Assembly (NCBI GenBank): GCA_947495975.1
Contig: CANMBE010000006.1
Location: 951 to 64,950 of the forward strand
From: Ignavibacteria bacterium
GTDB taxonomy: Bacteria > Bacteroidota > Ignavibacteria > Kapaibacteriales > Kapaibacteriaceae
Length of the DNA: 64,000 nt
Reading direction: 5' to 3'
The notes under the pieces were generated by a model. The model searched no databases. It was not told where the DNA came from and worked only from the letters and a program-made list of their open reading frames with translations. The position numbers and the translations under genes are program-made. Every line of letters begins with the position of its first letter. The stretch's first letter is position 1. Below, in pieces: positions 28,660 through 42,150 of this stretch.

Positions 28660-30057
28660 CTAAATTTTCAACCCTCGCGCAATGCTCATCAGCATTTCAT
28701 CGCTGTTCATAGCCCCTTGCAATTGCATGCCAATAGGAAGTCCGGCAGAGTCCGTGCCAAATGGGATGCTGAGCGCTGGGATGCCTGCTATGTTGGCCGA
28801 CACGGTAAAATAATCGCTTAGCCACATGCTAACGGGATCGCTCTTTTCACCAAGGCTAAAAGCAGTGGTGGGTGTAGTAGGCATTGCGAGCACGTCAACA
28901 CTCTTGAAAATATCTACATATGCATCTCTGATGAGGCGCCGCGCCATCTGCGCTTTGCCGTAGTAGGCCTCGCTATAACCACTCGAGAGAACGTAGGTGC
29001 CTAACATAATCCTGCGCTTTACCTCTGTTCCAAATCCTGCTGTACGCGATGCTGTTGTAATGTCGCCATCTGCGGCATCCACTCTTGTCCCAAAACGCAC
29101 ACCATCAAAGCGCGCAAGATTGCTCGACGCTTCGGCTGTTGCGAGGATGAAATACGTTGGGATCCATGTTTCGCTGTGCGGTATGGCAACGTCAACTACA
29201 CGTGCTCCACTTGCACGAAGCGCATCGAGATATTTACCATACGCATCGAGAATTGATTGCTCGCAACCCGTGAGTTGCGATAGTGGCATCGCACCAACAC
29301 GCAGAGGGTGGTCTGTTGGAATTGACACGATGGAAGGGGCTTCTATAGACGTGGAATCCATTGGGTCGTAACCAGCTACCACATCAAAAACTGCTTCCAT
29401 GTCTGGGATAGACAGAGAGAATAAACCCACCTGATCGAGCGACGATGCAAAGGCAATAAGTCCGTACCGCGATACTCTTCCATACGTAGGCTTTAGTCCA
29501 TACGTGCCGCAGAATGCTGCTGGCTGACGGATTGAGCCGCCAGTATCCGATCCAAGAGCAACATGACACATGCCGTCTGCAACTGCAACGGCAGACCCAC
29601 CAGATGATCCGCCCGGTACACGCGTAGCGTCTAAAGGATGCCGCACAACTCCATAGGCAGATGTCTCATTTGACGAGCCCATGGCAAACTCGTCCATGTT
29701 CGTCTTGCCAATAAAGACGGAGCCTGCGTTTCGGAGACGTTCAATGACGGTTGCGTCATACAAGGGCGTGTACCCCTCCAACATGCGGGATGCACACGTG
29801 GTAGGGAGCCCCTTCATCGAGATATTATCCTTGAGTGCAACTACAAGGCCTTCCAAAGGACGTTCTAACCCAGCCGTAAATCGTTCGTCACTTTCACCAG
29901 CAGAAATAACTGCACGGTTAGCATTAATAGTTATAAACGCATTTAGTTCTGCACGATCCGTGATTCGCTGCAGAAATTGTTTTGTGCGTTGGACAACCGA
30001 CAGAGAGCTTTGTGTATAGGCTTCTCTATCTGCTGTATACGTAGACTGTTCGTTCAT
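28660..30057 (-). CDS. gatA: Glutamyl-tRNA(Gln) amidotransferase subunit A
   Basis: Amidase signature GGSSGGSAVAVA...GSDTGGSIRQPAAFCG. Confidence 0.85.
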   Translation of the reverse strand: MNEQSTYTADREAYTQSSLSVVQRTKQFLQRITDRAELNAFITINANRAVISAGESDERFTAGLERPLEGLVVALKDNISMKGLPTTCASRMLEGYTPLYDATVIERLRNAGSVFIGKTNMDEFAMGSSNETSAYGVVRHPLDATRVPGGSSGGSAVAVADGMCHVALGSDTGGSIRQPAAFCGTYGLKPTYGRVSRYGLIAFASSLDQVGLFSLSIPDMEAVFDVVAGYDPMDSTSIEAPSIVSIPTDHPLRVGAMPLSQLTGCEQSILDAYGKYLDALRASGARVVDVAIPHSETWIPTYFILATAEASSNLARFDGVRFGTRVDAADGDITTASRTAGFGTEVKRRIMLGTYVLSSGYSEAYYGKAQMARRLIRDAYVDIFKSVDVLAMPTTPTTAFSLGEKSDPVSMWLSDYFTVSANIAGIPALSIPFGTDSAGLPIGMQLQGAMNSDEMLMSIARGLKI

Positions 30058-30347
30058 TGTAGGTCGGTTTTGTCTGGTTCCGCGTCATCTACTTGGCTGC
30101 GAGAAACAATCTCATCCGGCGGAGTAATAACGACAGGCAGTTTTGCTGATATATTGGTAGATGCGTCTCTCACTGCAACATCTGCTGAGATGTCGCGAAT
30201 CTGCTGCGTCAAATCTTCCTGTGCCTTGCGGAACTGCCGAATACCACGGCCAACTTGCTGAGCAAATTCCGGGATCTTCTTTGGACCGAAGAGCAATAGA
30301 ATAACGAGCAGTATGAGTATGAGCTCGCCGCCCCCTACATCAAACAT
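30054..30347 (-). CDS. Twin-arginine translocase TatA/TatB-family protein (longer paralog)
   Basis: N-terminal TM helix followed by FGPKKIPEF amphipathic helix; 4-nt overlap with gatA. Confidence 0.7.
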   Translation of the reverse strand: MFDVGGGELILILLVILLLFGPKKIPEFAQQVGRGIRQFRKAQEDLTQQIRDISADVAVRDASTNISAKLPVVITPPDEIVSRSQVDDAEPDKTDLQ

Positions 30348-30371
30348 GGGTGTTCTTGTGTTGTAGGTGGA

Positions 30372-30566
30372 TCAGTTTGCTGAATCTTGGTTTGAATCGC
30401 TCTTGGAACGTGGAATCTCTTCGTCCTTTCCAGATGAAGCATTCTTGAACTCGCGAATGCCGGAGCCAAGACCCTTCATGAGTTCAGGGATCTTCTTTGC
30501 GCCAAATAATAAAACAACGACGAAGAGGATAAGAATCCACTCCATGCCGCCAGGTAATCCGAACAT
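30372..30566 (-). CDS. tatA: Twin-arginine translocase TatA
   Basis: 64 aa; [24 protein letters not shown]. Confidence 0.75.
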   Translation of the reverse strand: MFGLPGGMEWILILFVVVLLFGAKKIPELMKGLGSGIREFKNASSGKDEEIPRSKSDSNQDSAN

Positions 30567-30577
30567 GGATTGCTCCG

Positions 30578-31282
30578 TTAAATGAGAATTGAATGTGCAA
30601 CGTGAAGAGCCAAACTAGCAAAGACGCTCACACCATCAGCAGATCCGAGAAGGGGCTCACATGCCCGCTCAGGATGAGGCATCAGTCCCATAACGTTGCC
30701 CCTTTCATTCATGATGCCAGCGATATTATTCATACTTCCGTTCGGATTGGAGTCAGCCGTTGTTTCGCCCGTAGGCGAAGCATAACGGTAGACCACTTGG
30801 CCATTAGCCTCAATCCGATCAATCGTTTCCTGTGGAGCGGTGTATCTGCCTTCGCCATGAGCAACAGGAACCCGCAACATTGTTCCTAGTTTCACTGCAC
30901 AGGTAAATGGCGTTGCGCTGTTTTCAACGCGTAGGTGCACATCCTTGCACACAAAACGTAGGTTCTCGTTCCGAATGAGAGCTCCGGGGAGCAGCCCCGA
31001 CTCACATAGAATTTGAAAGCCGTTACAAATGCCGAGAACGAGGCCTCCATCATTCGCAAAACGGATCACTTCATTCATAATCGGTGAGAACCGTGCAATT
31101 GCTCCAGTGCGCAGATAGTCGCCGTAGGAGAAGCCCCCGGGCAGAATAATTACATCTACATCAATTGGGAGAGTCTCATCCTTGTGCCACAACTGAACAG
31201 CTTCATTGCCTGTTACGGTTGCACCATAACGTGCGTCTGCATCACAATTTGAGCCTGGGAAGGTTACAACACCGATCTTCAT
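30578..31282 (-). CDS. purQ: Phosphoribosylformylglycinamidine synthase I (glutaminase subunit)
   Basis: [14 protein letters not shown]...GICNGFQ...HPE. Confidence 0.85.
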   Translation of the reverse strand: MKIGVVTFPGSNCDADARYGATVTGNEAVQLWHKDETLPIDVDVIILPGGFSYGDYLRTGAIARFSPIMNEVIRFANDGGLVLGICNGFQILCESGLLPGALIRNENLRFVCKDVHLRVENSATPFTCAVKLGTMLRVPVAHGEGRYTAPQETIDRIEANGQVVYRYASPTGETTADSNPNGSMNNIAGIMNERGNVMGLMPHPERACEPLLGSADGVSVFASLALHVAHSILI

Positions 31283-31551
31283 GCCGGCACTCCTGCTGCT
31301 TTTTCAACGAGCGCGATGTGAAAGTCTTCCATCACTGGATTGGTGAGAAGTTTCTTGCAAGCATCCATCACGAGATCATTGGCTGTATCTGTATCGGGTG
31401 CTTGCACTTCTACTTCGATGTGTTTGCCAATGCGCACGCTGCCAAGCGCAGGCATGTGTAGTGAATGTAGTGCATGCTCAACGGCCTTGCCTTGCACATC
31501 AAGGATTGCACGACGTAGAGTAACAGTAATTGAGGCGGTATAGGTTTTCAT
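31279..31551 (-). CDS. purS: Phosphoribosylformylglycinamidine synthase subunit PurS
   Basis: About 90 aa from the internal Met ([28 protein letters not shown]); 4-nt overlap with purQ; ORF track start 31653 would overlap pssA. Confidence 0.7.
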   Translation of the reverse strand: MKTYTASITVTLRRAILDVQGKAVEHALHSLHMPALGSVRIGKHIEVEVQAPDTDTANDLVMDACKKLLTNPVMEDFHIALVEKAAGVPA

Positions 31552-31555
31552 ACAA

Positions 31556-32317
31556 TCACATTGTAAACGGATCGGGATCTGCTTCTTCAACGGAATCATC
31601 GTTATCCGAGCGATCTCGTACAAACAATACGAGATGCCGAATAGCGCCGCCAATGAGATAGACCAACATGAACGGGAAGAGTGCTTTGCCGCCCGTTACA
31701 ACGGACGCGCTAACACCAGTCAAAAATACGGAAAAGACAACGGGCCGTTGACGCAGACTGCGCCATGATGGACGAGGAATATTGTCATACTTCACTGTGC
31801 TGACCATTGCCAAGGAGGTTAACACCGTTACAAAAACAATCATCCACGGTTTCCAGCTTGCAGGAAGAATGTCAGAGCTGTGCCAGAGGTACACGTACGA
31901 AATAATCGTAAAGGCCCCTGCAGGAATAGGCATACCACGGAAATAGAGCTTGTCTTCCATGCTCGTCAATTGCACATTGAAGCGGGCCAGACGCAACACT
32001 CCAGCCATTGCTGGCAAGGACGCAACTAAGAGGCCCCATTGATGCCATTGTTGAAAGAAAGCCACATAGAGTATTACAGAGGGGGCCACCCCAAATGAGA
32101 CGGCATCGCAGAGGGAATCGAGCTCTACACCAAACTCTGACGTGCTGTGAGTAATGCGGGCAACAACTCCATCCAACATATCAAAAATGCCTGCCATCAC
32201 AACGAGGAGCGCTGCCTGACTCAGCCCACCTTCAAAAGCGGCTACGATGGCAGCAAACCCGCAAAAAAGATTGGCGAGTGTGAAGAGGTTGGGGATTACA
32301 GATCGTGTAACTCGCAT
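31556..32317 (-). CDS. pssA: CDP-diacylglycerol--serine O-phosphatidyltransferase (CDP-alcohol phosphatidyltransferase family)
   Basis: DMLDGVVARI...GVELDSLCD motif; multi-TM. Confidence 0.8.
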   Translation of the reverse strand: MRVTRSVIPNLFTLANLFCGFAAIVAAFEGGLSQAALLVVMAGIFDMLDGVVARITHSTSEFGVELDSLCDAVSFGVAPSVILYVAFFQQWHQWGLLVASLPAMAGVLRLARFNVQLTSMEDKLYFRGMPIPAGAFTIISYVYLWHSSDILPASWKPWMIVFVTVLTSLAMVSTVKYDNIPRPSWRSLRQRPVVFSVFLTGVSASVVTGGKALFPFMLVYLIGGAIRHLVLFVRDRSDNDDSVEEADPDPFTM

Positions 32318-32319
32318 AC

Positions 32320-32991
32320 TTAGTCTACCTTACTCACAAGCCGCGCAAGGATTGAGTGAGCGCTCACCACCTTGTCTCCGGGCCGCACAACAACCTTCGC
32401 AGAGGCGGGAACGACAACGTCCATGCGCGACCCAAACTTCATCATGCCAAAGCGCTTACCAGCGGAGACCACATCGCCAACCTTGGTGTCATACACGATG
32501 CGACGGGCTAGAAAACCAGTTATTTGTTGATAGGAGATGCGGCCAGCAGCAGTTTCCAGGACAAAAAGTGATCGCTCATTCTCCATGCTGGATTTAGGGT
32601 TAAATGCCATGAGATAGGCGCCGGGAATGTAGCGCGCCTCCACAATTGTGCCTGAAGCGGGGTATCTATTGACGTGCAGATTTACTGGGGACAGAAAAAT
32701 GCTGATCTGAATAGCAGGTCCGCCCAATTCCGGGCTGTAAGCCACAGAATCCACATTTACCACCTGTCCGTCTGCCGGAGCCACAATAAGTGCAGGATTA
32801 TTTTGCGCTTCTGCAATGAGGGGGCGTTCGGCATCCCGAAAAAACCAGAGGGTAAAACCGATGATTATTATCCCCAGCGCGATGAGGATCACCTGCAAAG
32901 CAGTGCCTACAGGGGTAAGCGCGAGCAAGAGCACGCACGCGCCAATGCCCAACAGGAGGAATGCGTTGTTGCGCCCATACGGAGTCAGCAT
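32320..32991 (-). CDS. psd: Phosphatidylserine decarboxylase proenzyme (short form)
   Basis: 223 aa; FGSR self-cleavage-like site near the C-terminus; adjacent to pssA. Confidence 0.8.
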   Translation of the reverse strand: MLTPYGRNNAFLLLGIGACVLLLALTPVGTALQVILIALGIIIIGFTLWFFRDAERPLIAEAQNNPALIVAPADGQVVNVDSVAYSPELGGPAIQISIFLSPVNLHVNRYPASGTIVEARYIPGAYLMAFNPKSSMENERSLFVLETAAGRISYQQITGFLARRIVYDTKVGDVVSAGKRFGMMKFGSRMDVVVPASAKVVVRPGDKVVSAHSILARLVSKVD

Positions 32992-33104
32992 CGCTGATCC
33001 GAATTGGTCACTGAGAAAGGTTGTAGGGTCATACTGCGGTTCGTAGATTCGTCCTTCAAATTAGTGATTTCGCGCCTCCTGACCCCTTATTTGGCTCCAT
33101 CAGC

Positions 33105-34226
33105 ATGAAGTTTACCGTTGCGCTCCCCGATTTACAGAAGGCACTTCAAAAGGTCCTCCCTGCAATTCCGGCTAAGAGTACCATTCCCGTTCTCGAACAC
33201 ATCCACGCATCTCTCAGTGGTAGCGAGTTAACGTTCACAGCTACAGATCAAGAGATCACAATCTCCCTTCGCACACCCGTTTCGGGTGATAGAGATGGGG
33301 CTTTGTTGATTCCTGCACGGCAATTCAATGACCTTGTCAAAGAATTGGGATCTGCCGGAACGATAGAAGTGAATGCCGACGAAGCTACTCAGCTCGTTAC
33401 AATACGTACGCCAACAGGCTCGTACGAGATGAAGGCGCTTGATGTTGGCGAGTTCCCATCAATTCCTCCCTTCCCGGAAGCACAGTCTGCTTTGTTGCGC
33501 AAAGAAGACATGATGCGAATGGCCAACAAAACTGTCTTTGCAGTTTCAACAGAAGAGTATCGTCCTAGTATGACGGGTGTGTTCTTTCAGTTCAATGGCG
33601 AAAGTGTAACCGCCGTTGCAACTGATGGATTCCGCCTTAGTCGTGTAATAGTGAAAGCGCCAGAAGGAGCCCCGTTCCCAACAGCACTTGAAGCTATTAT
33701 TCCCTCACGTGCGGTTGATCTACTTCGTAGACTTGAAGGCGATGTGTCAATGGAGATTTCGCGGACACATGCACGGTTTACCATCGGGTCAATGACGATT
33801 ACAACGCGTGTGATAGATGAAAAATATCCGCCATATCAGAATGTGATTCCGTCCGACAACGACAAATCTCTAATTGTGAACCAACGCGAAGTGTTAAGTG
33901 CTATCAAGCGTGTTTCGCTATTTGCAAACACAAACACACGACACGTGCGATTTACAATGGAGGAGTCATCACTTGCCGTACACTCCGAAGATGAGGACTC
34001 CGGTGGAAAGGGAACAGAGAATATTCCATGCGAGTTTTCAGGCAAGGGCTTCGAAGTTGGATTTAATTATCGTTTTCTAGAAGAGGCGATAAAGAACATC
34101 ACTACAGATGACGATCCCGATCTCAACGTGCGCATGACGTTCTCAACGCCGATTCGCGCCGTGCTTATCACACCTGGGGCGGGCGATGATTCGCTGCTCA
34201 TGCTTGTGATGCCGGTTAAGATCTGA
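33105..34226 (+). CDS. dnaN: DNA polymerase III beta sliding clamp
   Basis: 373 aa; characteristic N-terminus MKFTVALPDLQKALQKV. Confidence 0.9.
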   Translation: MKFTVALPDLQKALQKVLPAIPAKSTIPVLEHIHASLSGSELTFTATDQEITISLRTPVSGDRDGALLIPARQFNDLVKELGSAGTIEVNADEATQLVTIRTPTGSYEMKALDVGEFPSIPPFPEAQSALLRKEDMMRMANKTVFAVSTEEYRPSMTGVFFQFNGESVTAVATDGFRLSRVIVKAPEGAPFPTALEAIIPSRAVDLLRRLEGDVSMEISRTHARFTIGSMTITTRVIDEKYPPYQNVIPSDNDKSLIVNQREVLSAIKRVSLFANTNTRHVRFTMEESSLAVHSEDEDSGGKGTENIPCEFSGKGFEVGFNYRFLEEAIKNITTDDDPDLNVRMTFSTPIRAVLITPGAGDDSLLMLVMPVKI

Positions 34227-34237
34227 CGAGGACGGCA

Positions 34238-35445
34238 ATGGTCATTCGCTCCGTGTTATTGGCACATGTTCGTAACCATGAACACACAGAGATCGTGTGT
34301 GCTCGGGATGTGAACGTTCTGAGTGGTTCCAACGGATCAGGCAAGACAACGATTTTGGAAGCCATCAGTCTTTGTGCAATTGCAAAGAGTTTTGTGCCAG
34401 TACCAGATCAAGCACTTATCAAACACGGATTTGAAGATTGTACGTCTACTGTTGAGGCATTGCGAGATCTTGATGTGCCATATCGTATTTCAGTACGTGT
34501 TCGCAATGGAGTTCGCAAACGAATCACAACGGCACATGGATCAAGTCTTACTCCCCGCGATATCATTGGTGAATTGCCGATGGTTGCACTGTCACCCGAT
34601 CACAAGAGCGTAACCTTTGGTGGTCCAGCAGAGCGAAGAGCATTTCTTGACGGAGTGATGGCACAGTCGAGCAAAAGATTTACGGAACTGTTGTATGAGC
34701 ATCGCAGATTGTTGAAGCAACGAAATGCTGCTCTGCAAGCGGGTGCTTTCATGCATGGCGATGGCGAAGAGTTAGATGTGTGGACGGAGCAGTTTGTTCT
34801 TGTAAGCGCGGAGGTTGTGGAGCGTCGTAATCGGTTTCTTGCAGATGTAATGCCGATTGTGTGCTCAGCATATGAGGCAGTATCGGGTTCGGCCGAGACG
34901 ATTAACATCGTCTATCAACCGGATGTAGCCTCACACGGCACGCTGGCGACAGATACGCTTCTTTCGAGCTCGTCAGTTGCAGAGGCGTACCGTGCGGCAG
35001 CGCGCATGTTGCGTCCGCGCGAGATGGCTCGGGAGTCAACACTGTTCGGACCACAGAAGGATGAAATTGCATTTATGATCAATGGCGGTCTCGTGCGCGA
35101 AACTGCATCGCAGGGACAACACAAGTCGTTACTCGTTGCACTAAAACTTGCAGAATGTGAGTTATTGCATGAGCGTTGTAACGAACGTCCAGTGGTGTTG
35201 CTCGATGATGTGTTTAGTGAGCTCGACCGCGATAGATGCGCTCGAGTACTAGAACGTGTGTTGGCAATGGGTATGCAGTGTTTTGTGACCACAACGGAAG
35301 GCGAGACTGTTTTGAAGTTGATGAAAGAGATCAGCAGCACTCGCGGCGGCAACATTGACATTTCGATGATCACACTTGAAGGCGGAATTGCTTCATACGT
35401 TCAGCAATCAGAACTGCCGTTGCACCAAAGTGCGGAGGCCGCATA

Positions 35446-35446
<1 letters not shown>
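34238..35446 (+). CDS. recF: DNA replication and repair protein RecF
   Basis: GSNGSGKTTILEAI Walker A; C-terminal LLLDDVFSELD. Confidence 0.9.
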
Positions 35447-37759
<2,313 letters not shown>

Positions 37760-37881
37760 TTAACGGGGTAGGTACGCTATCGCACTACCCTGTAACTCTG
37801 ACCTGCCCCCGTAACAATTGCGACAAAAGTTCCGTTGAAGACCGAAAGATATCGCCTGTCTTGGCCATCGTATGCAATTGA

Positions 37882-38046
37882 TCAAGTGATCGCAAGGGGC
37901 GCAATCGAGCGCTTATAACTATGCGCGGTTGAATGCACATCGTGGATGACAGACACAAGTCCGTCTTCATCCAACTCAAGTCTTGTTGAACCAATTGACT
38001 CATGGAGAGACTCAAAGAAAATCTCAGGCAATTCAAGATTTGCCAT
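37882..38046 (-). CDS. Possible small protein (about 54 aa, MANLELPEIFFESLHESIGS...)
   Basis: Internal Met of an 83-aa ORF in an otherwise empty 690-bp gap; no homology recognised. Confidence 0.2.
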   Translation of the reverse strand: MANLELPEIFFESLHESIGSTRLELDEDGLVSVIHDVHSTAHSYKRSIAPLAIT

Positions 38047-38113
38047 TAACCACGTGAGACAAGAAGCGTTGGAAAGCGAAAAGTGAAGCCACAAAACTAC
38101 CACCACAAACAAC

Positions 38114-38145
38114 AAGACCCCTCGCGTCTGCACTCGCTAGGGGTC
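38114..38145. terminator. Strong 8-bp hairpin (AGACCCCT / AGGGGTCT, 16-nt loop) in the gyrB-ahcY convergent gap
   Basis: Perfect inverted repeat; T-rich flank on the minus-strand reading; second hairpin in series with the ahcY terminator. Confidence 0.35.
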
Positions 38146-38396
38146 TTTAACACATGTATTGCCAAAAAGGCACTATCAGTTGTTAGATGAAAGAATGCTG
38201 GCTAGGGGGCGATTAGTTCCAACCACCACGTCTTCATTTCACATTTGCCCTTAACATCAATTGTACCCCGCAGACGCAACAGAAATGGGGCCCCATTGCC
38301 AGCCAAAACGCGAGCGAAGACATCATCGTCTGCCTGACGCAAAACGAGTCAGCATTACTTTGGCTAATGCATGTGCCGCGTTTTAAAGATAAAAAA

Positions 38397-38425
38397 AGCC
38401 CCAAAACCATTGCTGGTCAGGGGCT
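38397..38425 (-). terminator. Rho-independent terminator of ahcY (also usable bidirectionally)
   Basis: AGCCCC-17 nt-GGGGCT flanked by AAAAAAA on plus, which is TTTTTTT on the minus-strand transcript, 21 nt after the ahcY stop. Confidence 0.6.
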
Positions 38426-38445
38426 CTCTATTCTCTCTTCGGGGA

Positions 38446-39873
38446 TCAGTAGCGGTAATACTCGGGCTTGTATGGACCCTTCGCATCAACGCCAATGTAT
38501 TTGGCTTGCTTAGGATTGAGCACTTCTAGTTCCACGCTAATCTTCTTAAGGTGAAGACGAGCCACTTTCTCATCAAGCTTCTTCGGCAGAACATAAACCT
38601 TGTTCTCATACTTCTTGTAATTGAGCCACAGTTCGAGTTGAGCAAGTACTTGATTTGTAAAAGAGTTCGACATGACAAACGATGGGTGGCCCATTGCACA
38701 GCCAAGGTTTACAAGGCGACCTTCAGCAAGAACAAGAATCTCTTTCTTACCAATAGTGTAGAGATCAACTTGTGGTTTAATCTCGATCTTGGACTTGCCG
38801 TGATTCTTGTTAAGCCACGCCATGTCTATCTCATTATCAAAGTGGCCGATGTTGCAAACAATTGCCTTGTCCTTCATCGCCTTAAAGTGCTTCTCGCTAA
38901 TGATGTCGCAGTTACCCGTTGCAGTAACAATGATGTCGGCTTCTTTTACAGCATCAATCATCTTCTTCACTTCAAAACCATCCATCGCTGCTTGAAGTGC
39001 GCAGATTGGATCGATTTCTGTAACAATCACACGCACGCCTGCACCTATGAGTGACGCAGCAGAACCTTTGCCTACGTCACCATATCCTGCTACTACAGCC
39101 ACTTTGCCGGCAAGCATGATGTCTGTTGCGCGACGAATAGCATCAACGAGAGATTCTTTGCAACCGTACTTATTGTCAAACTTGCTCTTCGTAACAGAGT
39201 CGTTTACATTAATTGCAGGCATAAGAAGTGTGCCATTCTTTACGCGCTCATAGAGGCGATGCACACCGGTTGTGGTTTCTTCAGAAATTCCGCGAATTGC
39301 CTCTACCAGTGCAGGATATTTGTCGAGCACCATGTTTGTGAGATCGCCACCGTCATCAAGGATCATGTTGAGGGCTTTTTGATCTTTCCCGAAGTACAGC
39401 GTTTGCTCGATGCACCAATCAAATTCTTCCTCGGTCATTCCCTTCCACGCAAAGACGGGTACGCCCGTTTTTGCAACGGCGGCGGCGGCGTGGTCTTGCG
39501 TAGAAAAGATGTTGCAGCTAGACCACGTAACATCGGCACCTAAGTCTACCAGTGTCTCAATAAGTACCGCGGTTTGGATGGTCATGTGAAGGCAACCCGC
39601 AATGCGAGCTCCCTTCAATGGCTTCTTGCCTTTGAACTCAGAGCGCAGCGCCATAAGGCCGGGCATCTCTGCTTCGGCTAGGCGGATCTCTTTGCGACCC
39701 CATTCGGCGAGGTCCATGTTTGCTACTGCATAGGCAAGGGGCTTATGAGCAATGTGTCCTTTTGCAACACGAGCTGGCAACTTGGGTGTGCCTTTGGGTG
39801 CTGGGGCTGCTTTTGTGACCTTAGCAACACCATTTGTTGCGGGTTTGATCTTCTTTACTGTCTTTGTTGGCAT
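38446..39873 (-). CDS. ahcY: Adenosylhomocysteinase with a Lys/Ala/Pro-rich N-terminal extension
   Basis: [24 protein letters not shown]-binding [11 protein letters not shown]-terminal KPEYYRY; first ~45 aa [32 protein letters not shown]. Confidence 0.9.
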   Translation of the reverse strand: MPTKTVKKIKPATNGVAKVTKAAPAPKGTPKLPARVAKGHIAHKPLAYAVANMDLAEWGRKEIRLAEAEMPGLMALRSEFKGKKPLKGARIAGCLHMTIQTAVLIETLVDLGADVTWSSCNIFSTQDHAAAAVAKTGVPVFAWKGMTEEEFDWCIEQTLYFGKDQKALNMILDDGGDLTNMVLDKYPALVEAIRGISEETTTGVHRLYERVKNGTLLMPAINVNDSVTKSKFDNKYGCKESLVDAIRRATDIMLAGKVAVVAGYGDVGKGSAASLIGAGVRVIVTEIDPICALQAAMDGFEVKKMIDAVKEADIIVTATGNCDIISEKHFKAMKDKAIVCNIGHFDNEIDMAWLNKNHGKSKIEIKPQVDLYTIGKKEILVLAEGRLVNLGCAMGHPSFVMSNSFTNQVLAQLELWLNYKKYENKVYVLPKKLDEKVARLHLKKISVELEVLNPKQAKYIGVDAKGPYKPEYYRY

Positions 39874-39902
39874 GAGTACTATTGATAGAAGAGTGAGAAA
39901 TT

Positions 39903-41060
39903 TTATGCGAAGTTCTTAGTAAACACGTCAACGAGGTCGAGATGTTCCCACGGGAATTCATGGCGACCAAAATGACCATATGCAGCGGTTGGACGATAGA
40001 TGGCGCGTCTGAGATTGAGACGTTCAATGATGCCTGCCGGAGTGAGAGTTATCTCCTTTGAGATAAACGATTCGAGCTCGCGCTCGCTTACCTTGGACGT
40101 GCCGTGGAGATTGACGTTTATTGAAACAGGCTGTTCAACGCCAATGGCATACGCAAGCTGGATTGTGCATTCACGGGCTACGCCTGCAGCCACAATGTTC
40201 TTTGCGAGGTGGCGTGCAGCATAGGCTGCCGAGCGATCAACCTTTGATGGGTCCTTACCAGAGAACGCGCCACCACCGTGTGGAGCGCGGCCACCGTATG
40301 TGTCAACAATGATCTTGCGACCAGTAAGCCCCGTATCGCCGTGTGGTCCGCCGATAACGAATTTCCCAGTTGGGTTAACGTGATATTTGGTGTCACTTGT
40401 GATGAGATGCTCGGGGATAACGGCCTTAACAACGTTTTCGATTACGTCTTCTTTAATGCGTTGTTGTGTGATTGCGCTGCCATTATCGTCAAACTCATCG
40501 TGCTGTGTAGAGACTACGATTGTGTCTACGCGCACAACTTCGCCATTGTCTCCATACACAACAGAAACCTGGGCCTTTGCATCTGGACGCAAATAAGGCA
40601 TGAGGGTCTTGTTCGTCTTGCGCACATCAGCAAGCCGTTTTACAAGCTTGTGCGAATAATAGAGCGCAGCGGGCATGTATTCATCAGTTTCTGATGTCGC
40701 ATATCCAAACATCATACCTTGATCACCAGCGCCGCCTGTATCAACACCTTGTGCGATATCTGGAGACTGACGGTTAATCACATTGAGAACTGCACATGAG
40801 TCCGCATCAAACCGATATTCTGCGCGGTCGTATCCAATGTCTCGGATTACCCCACGAACAAGATCGGGAAGATCAATATAGGTTGTAGTGGTGATCTCGC
40901 CACCAACAACGATCATTCCTGTTGTTGCGAAACATTCGCAGGCAACACGACCATTGGGGTCCTTTGAAAGAACGTCATCGAGAACTGCATCGGAGACCTG
41001 ATCGCAAACTTTGTCTGGATGTCCTTCTGAGACCGACTCTGACGTGAAAATGTACTGCAT
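39903..41060 (-). CDS. metK: S-adenosylmethionine synthetase
   Basis: [39 protein letters not shown]; start taken at internal Met (41060) to avoid overlap with the upstream gene. Confidence 0.9.
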   Translation of the reverse strand: MQYIFTSESVSEGHPDKVCDQVSDAVLDDVLSKDPNGRVACECFATTGMIVVGGEITTTTYIDLPDLVRGVIRDIGYDRAEYRFDADSCAVLNVINRQSPDIAQGVDTGGAGDQGMMFGYATSETDEYMPAALYYSHKLVKRLADVRKTNKTLMPYLRPDAKAQVSVVYGDNGEVVRVDTIVVSTQHDEFDDNGSAITQQRIKEDVIENVVKAVIPEHLITSDTKYHVNPTGKFVIGGPHGDTGLTGRKIIVDTYGGRAPHGGGAFSGKDPSKVDRSAAYAARHLAKNIVAAGVARECTIQLAYAIGVEQPVSINVNLHGTSKVSERELESFISKEITLTPAGIIERLNLRRAIYRPTAAYGHFGRHEFPWEHLDLVDVFTKNFA

Positions 41061-41115
41061 GGAAAGCTTGAGAGGTGAAAGGTTGTTCGAATACGTTTTT
41101 AAATCAACTGCGAAA

Positions 41116-42105
41116 CTATTGAGACAGACGAACGATTGAAGCGTTGCCAATATTGATTGATGAGAATCTTCCTGTTACTTCTGCATTCTCGCCAATGATT
41201 GAATGATTGAGCGCAATGTCTGCAACTGTTGCACTGTCGCATATAATGCTGTCACGAATAATGCTGCTGCGCACAACTGCCCCCTTGGAGACAGATGCAT
41301 ACGGACCAATGACGGAGTGCTCTATGATTGCAGTTGGGTGAACATGCACGGGCGGCACAAACACGCAGCCCTTTGGGGCCGCCGGCATTTCGCCGCTATT
41401 TGTCAATAGAAACCGATTCGTAAGCAAGAGTGTTTCAGGCTTGCCACAATCATACCAGCCTTCAACAGGGAAGGTTGTGAACTTCTCTCCAGCATCAACC
41501 ATGAGCTGCAATGCATCGGTGAGTTGATACTCACCCTTGGTGCGAATGTCTTTGTCGATCAACGTTTCGAGTGCTGTGCGCAGCACTGACGGCCGACGAA
41601 TAAAGTAGAGTCCAACGATTGCCTGATTCGAAACAAGAGTCTCCGGTTTTTCAACGAGGCTTGTTACGAATCCGCCATCTTCGATGACAACACCAAATCG
41701 CCGCGGGTCATCAACGAACTTTACGCCCAGCGATGAGAACTGACTTGTAGCAAGTACGCTGAGGTCAACGTCAAACACCGTATCACCAAGGATGATGAGA
41801 ACAGGTTCTTCTTTGAGCGATTCGCGCGCAATCCAAATTGCATGACCAAGGCCAAGCATTTCTTCTTGTTCAACAAATGTTACGTTGAGGTTGTATGTGG
41901 TGCGCACATATTCTTCAACAAGCTCACCTTTGTATCCGGTGATGATCGTTGCACTCGTTACACCTTGTGCAACAAGTGAATCCAGAATATGACCGAGAAT
42001 CGGTTTGCCCGCAACGTTGACCAGAACTTTTGGCAACGTATGTGTGAATGGGCGCAGACGGGTGCCGATTCCGGCAACAGGTATGATGGCGTGCATAGAC
42101 CACAA
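41116..42105 (-). CDS. Sugar-phosphate nucleotidyltransferase with C-terminal left-handed beta-helix (hexapeptide repeat) domain
   Basis: N-terminus [23 protein letters not shown]; C-terminal hexapeptide repeats. Confidence 0.75.
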   Translation of the reverse strand: MWSMHAIIPVAGIGTRLRPFTHTLPKVLVNVAGKPILGHILDSLVAQGVTSATIITGYKGELVEEYVRTTYNLNVTFVEQEEMLGLGHAIWIARESLKEEPVLIILGDTVFDVDLSVLATSQFSSLGVKFVDDPRRFGVVIEDGGFVTSLVEKPETLVSNQAIVGLYFIRRPSVLRTALETLIDKDIRTKGEYQLTDALQLMVDAGEKFTTFPVEGWYDCGKPETLLLTNRFLLTNSGEMPAAPKGCVFVPPVHVHPTAIIEHSVIGPYASVSKGAVVRSSIIRDSIICDSATVADIALNHSIIGENAEVTGRFSSINIGNASIVRLSQ

Positions 42106-42150
42106 AGATAGGGATTAGGGCCTAGGGATTAGGGCAATTGAAATCGTAAT

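Noticed and set aside
32992-33104. Possible oriC upstream of dnaN
   Set aside because: Only 113 nt; no dnaA gene adjacent; no TTATCCACA-like DnaA boxes or AT-rich DNA unwinding element seen.
38551-39054. 167-aa plus-strand ORF
   Set aside because: Antisense inside ahcY.
41061-41115. Possible SAM-responsive riboswitch upstream of metK (contains AAGCUUUCC just before the start codon)
   Set aside because: Only about 55 nt separate metK from the upstream gene, which is too short for SAM-I. Resemblance to SAM-II cannot be verified by eye. This would need an Infernal/Rfam scan.
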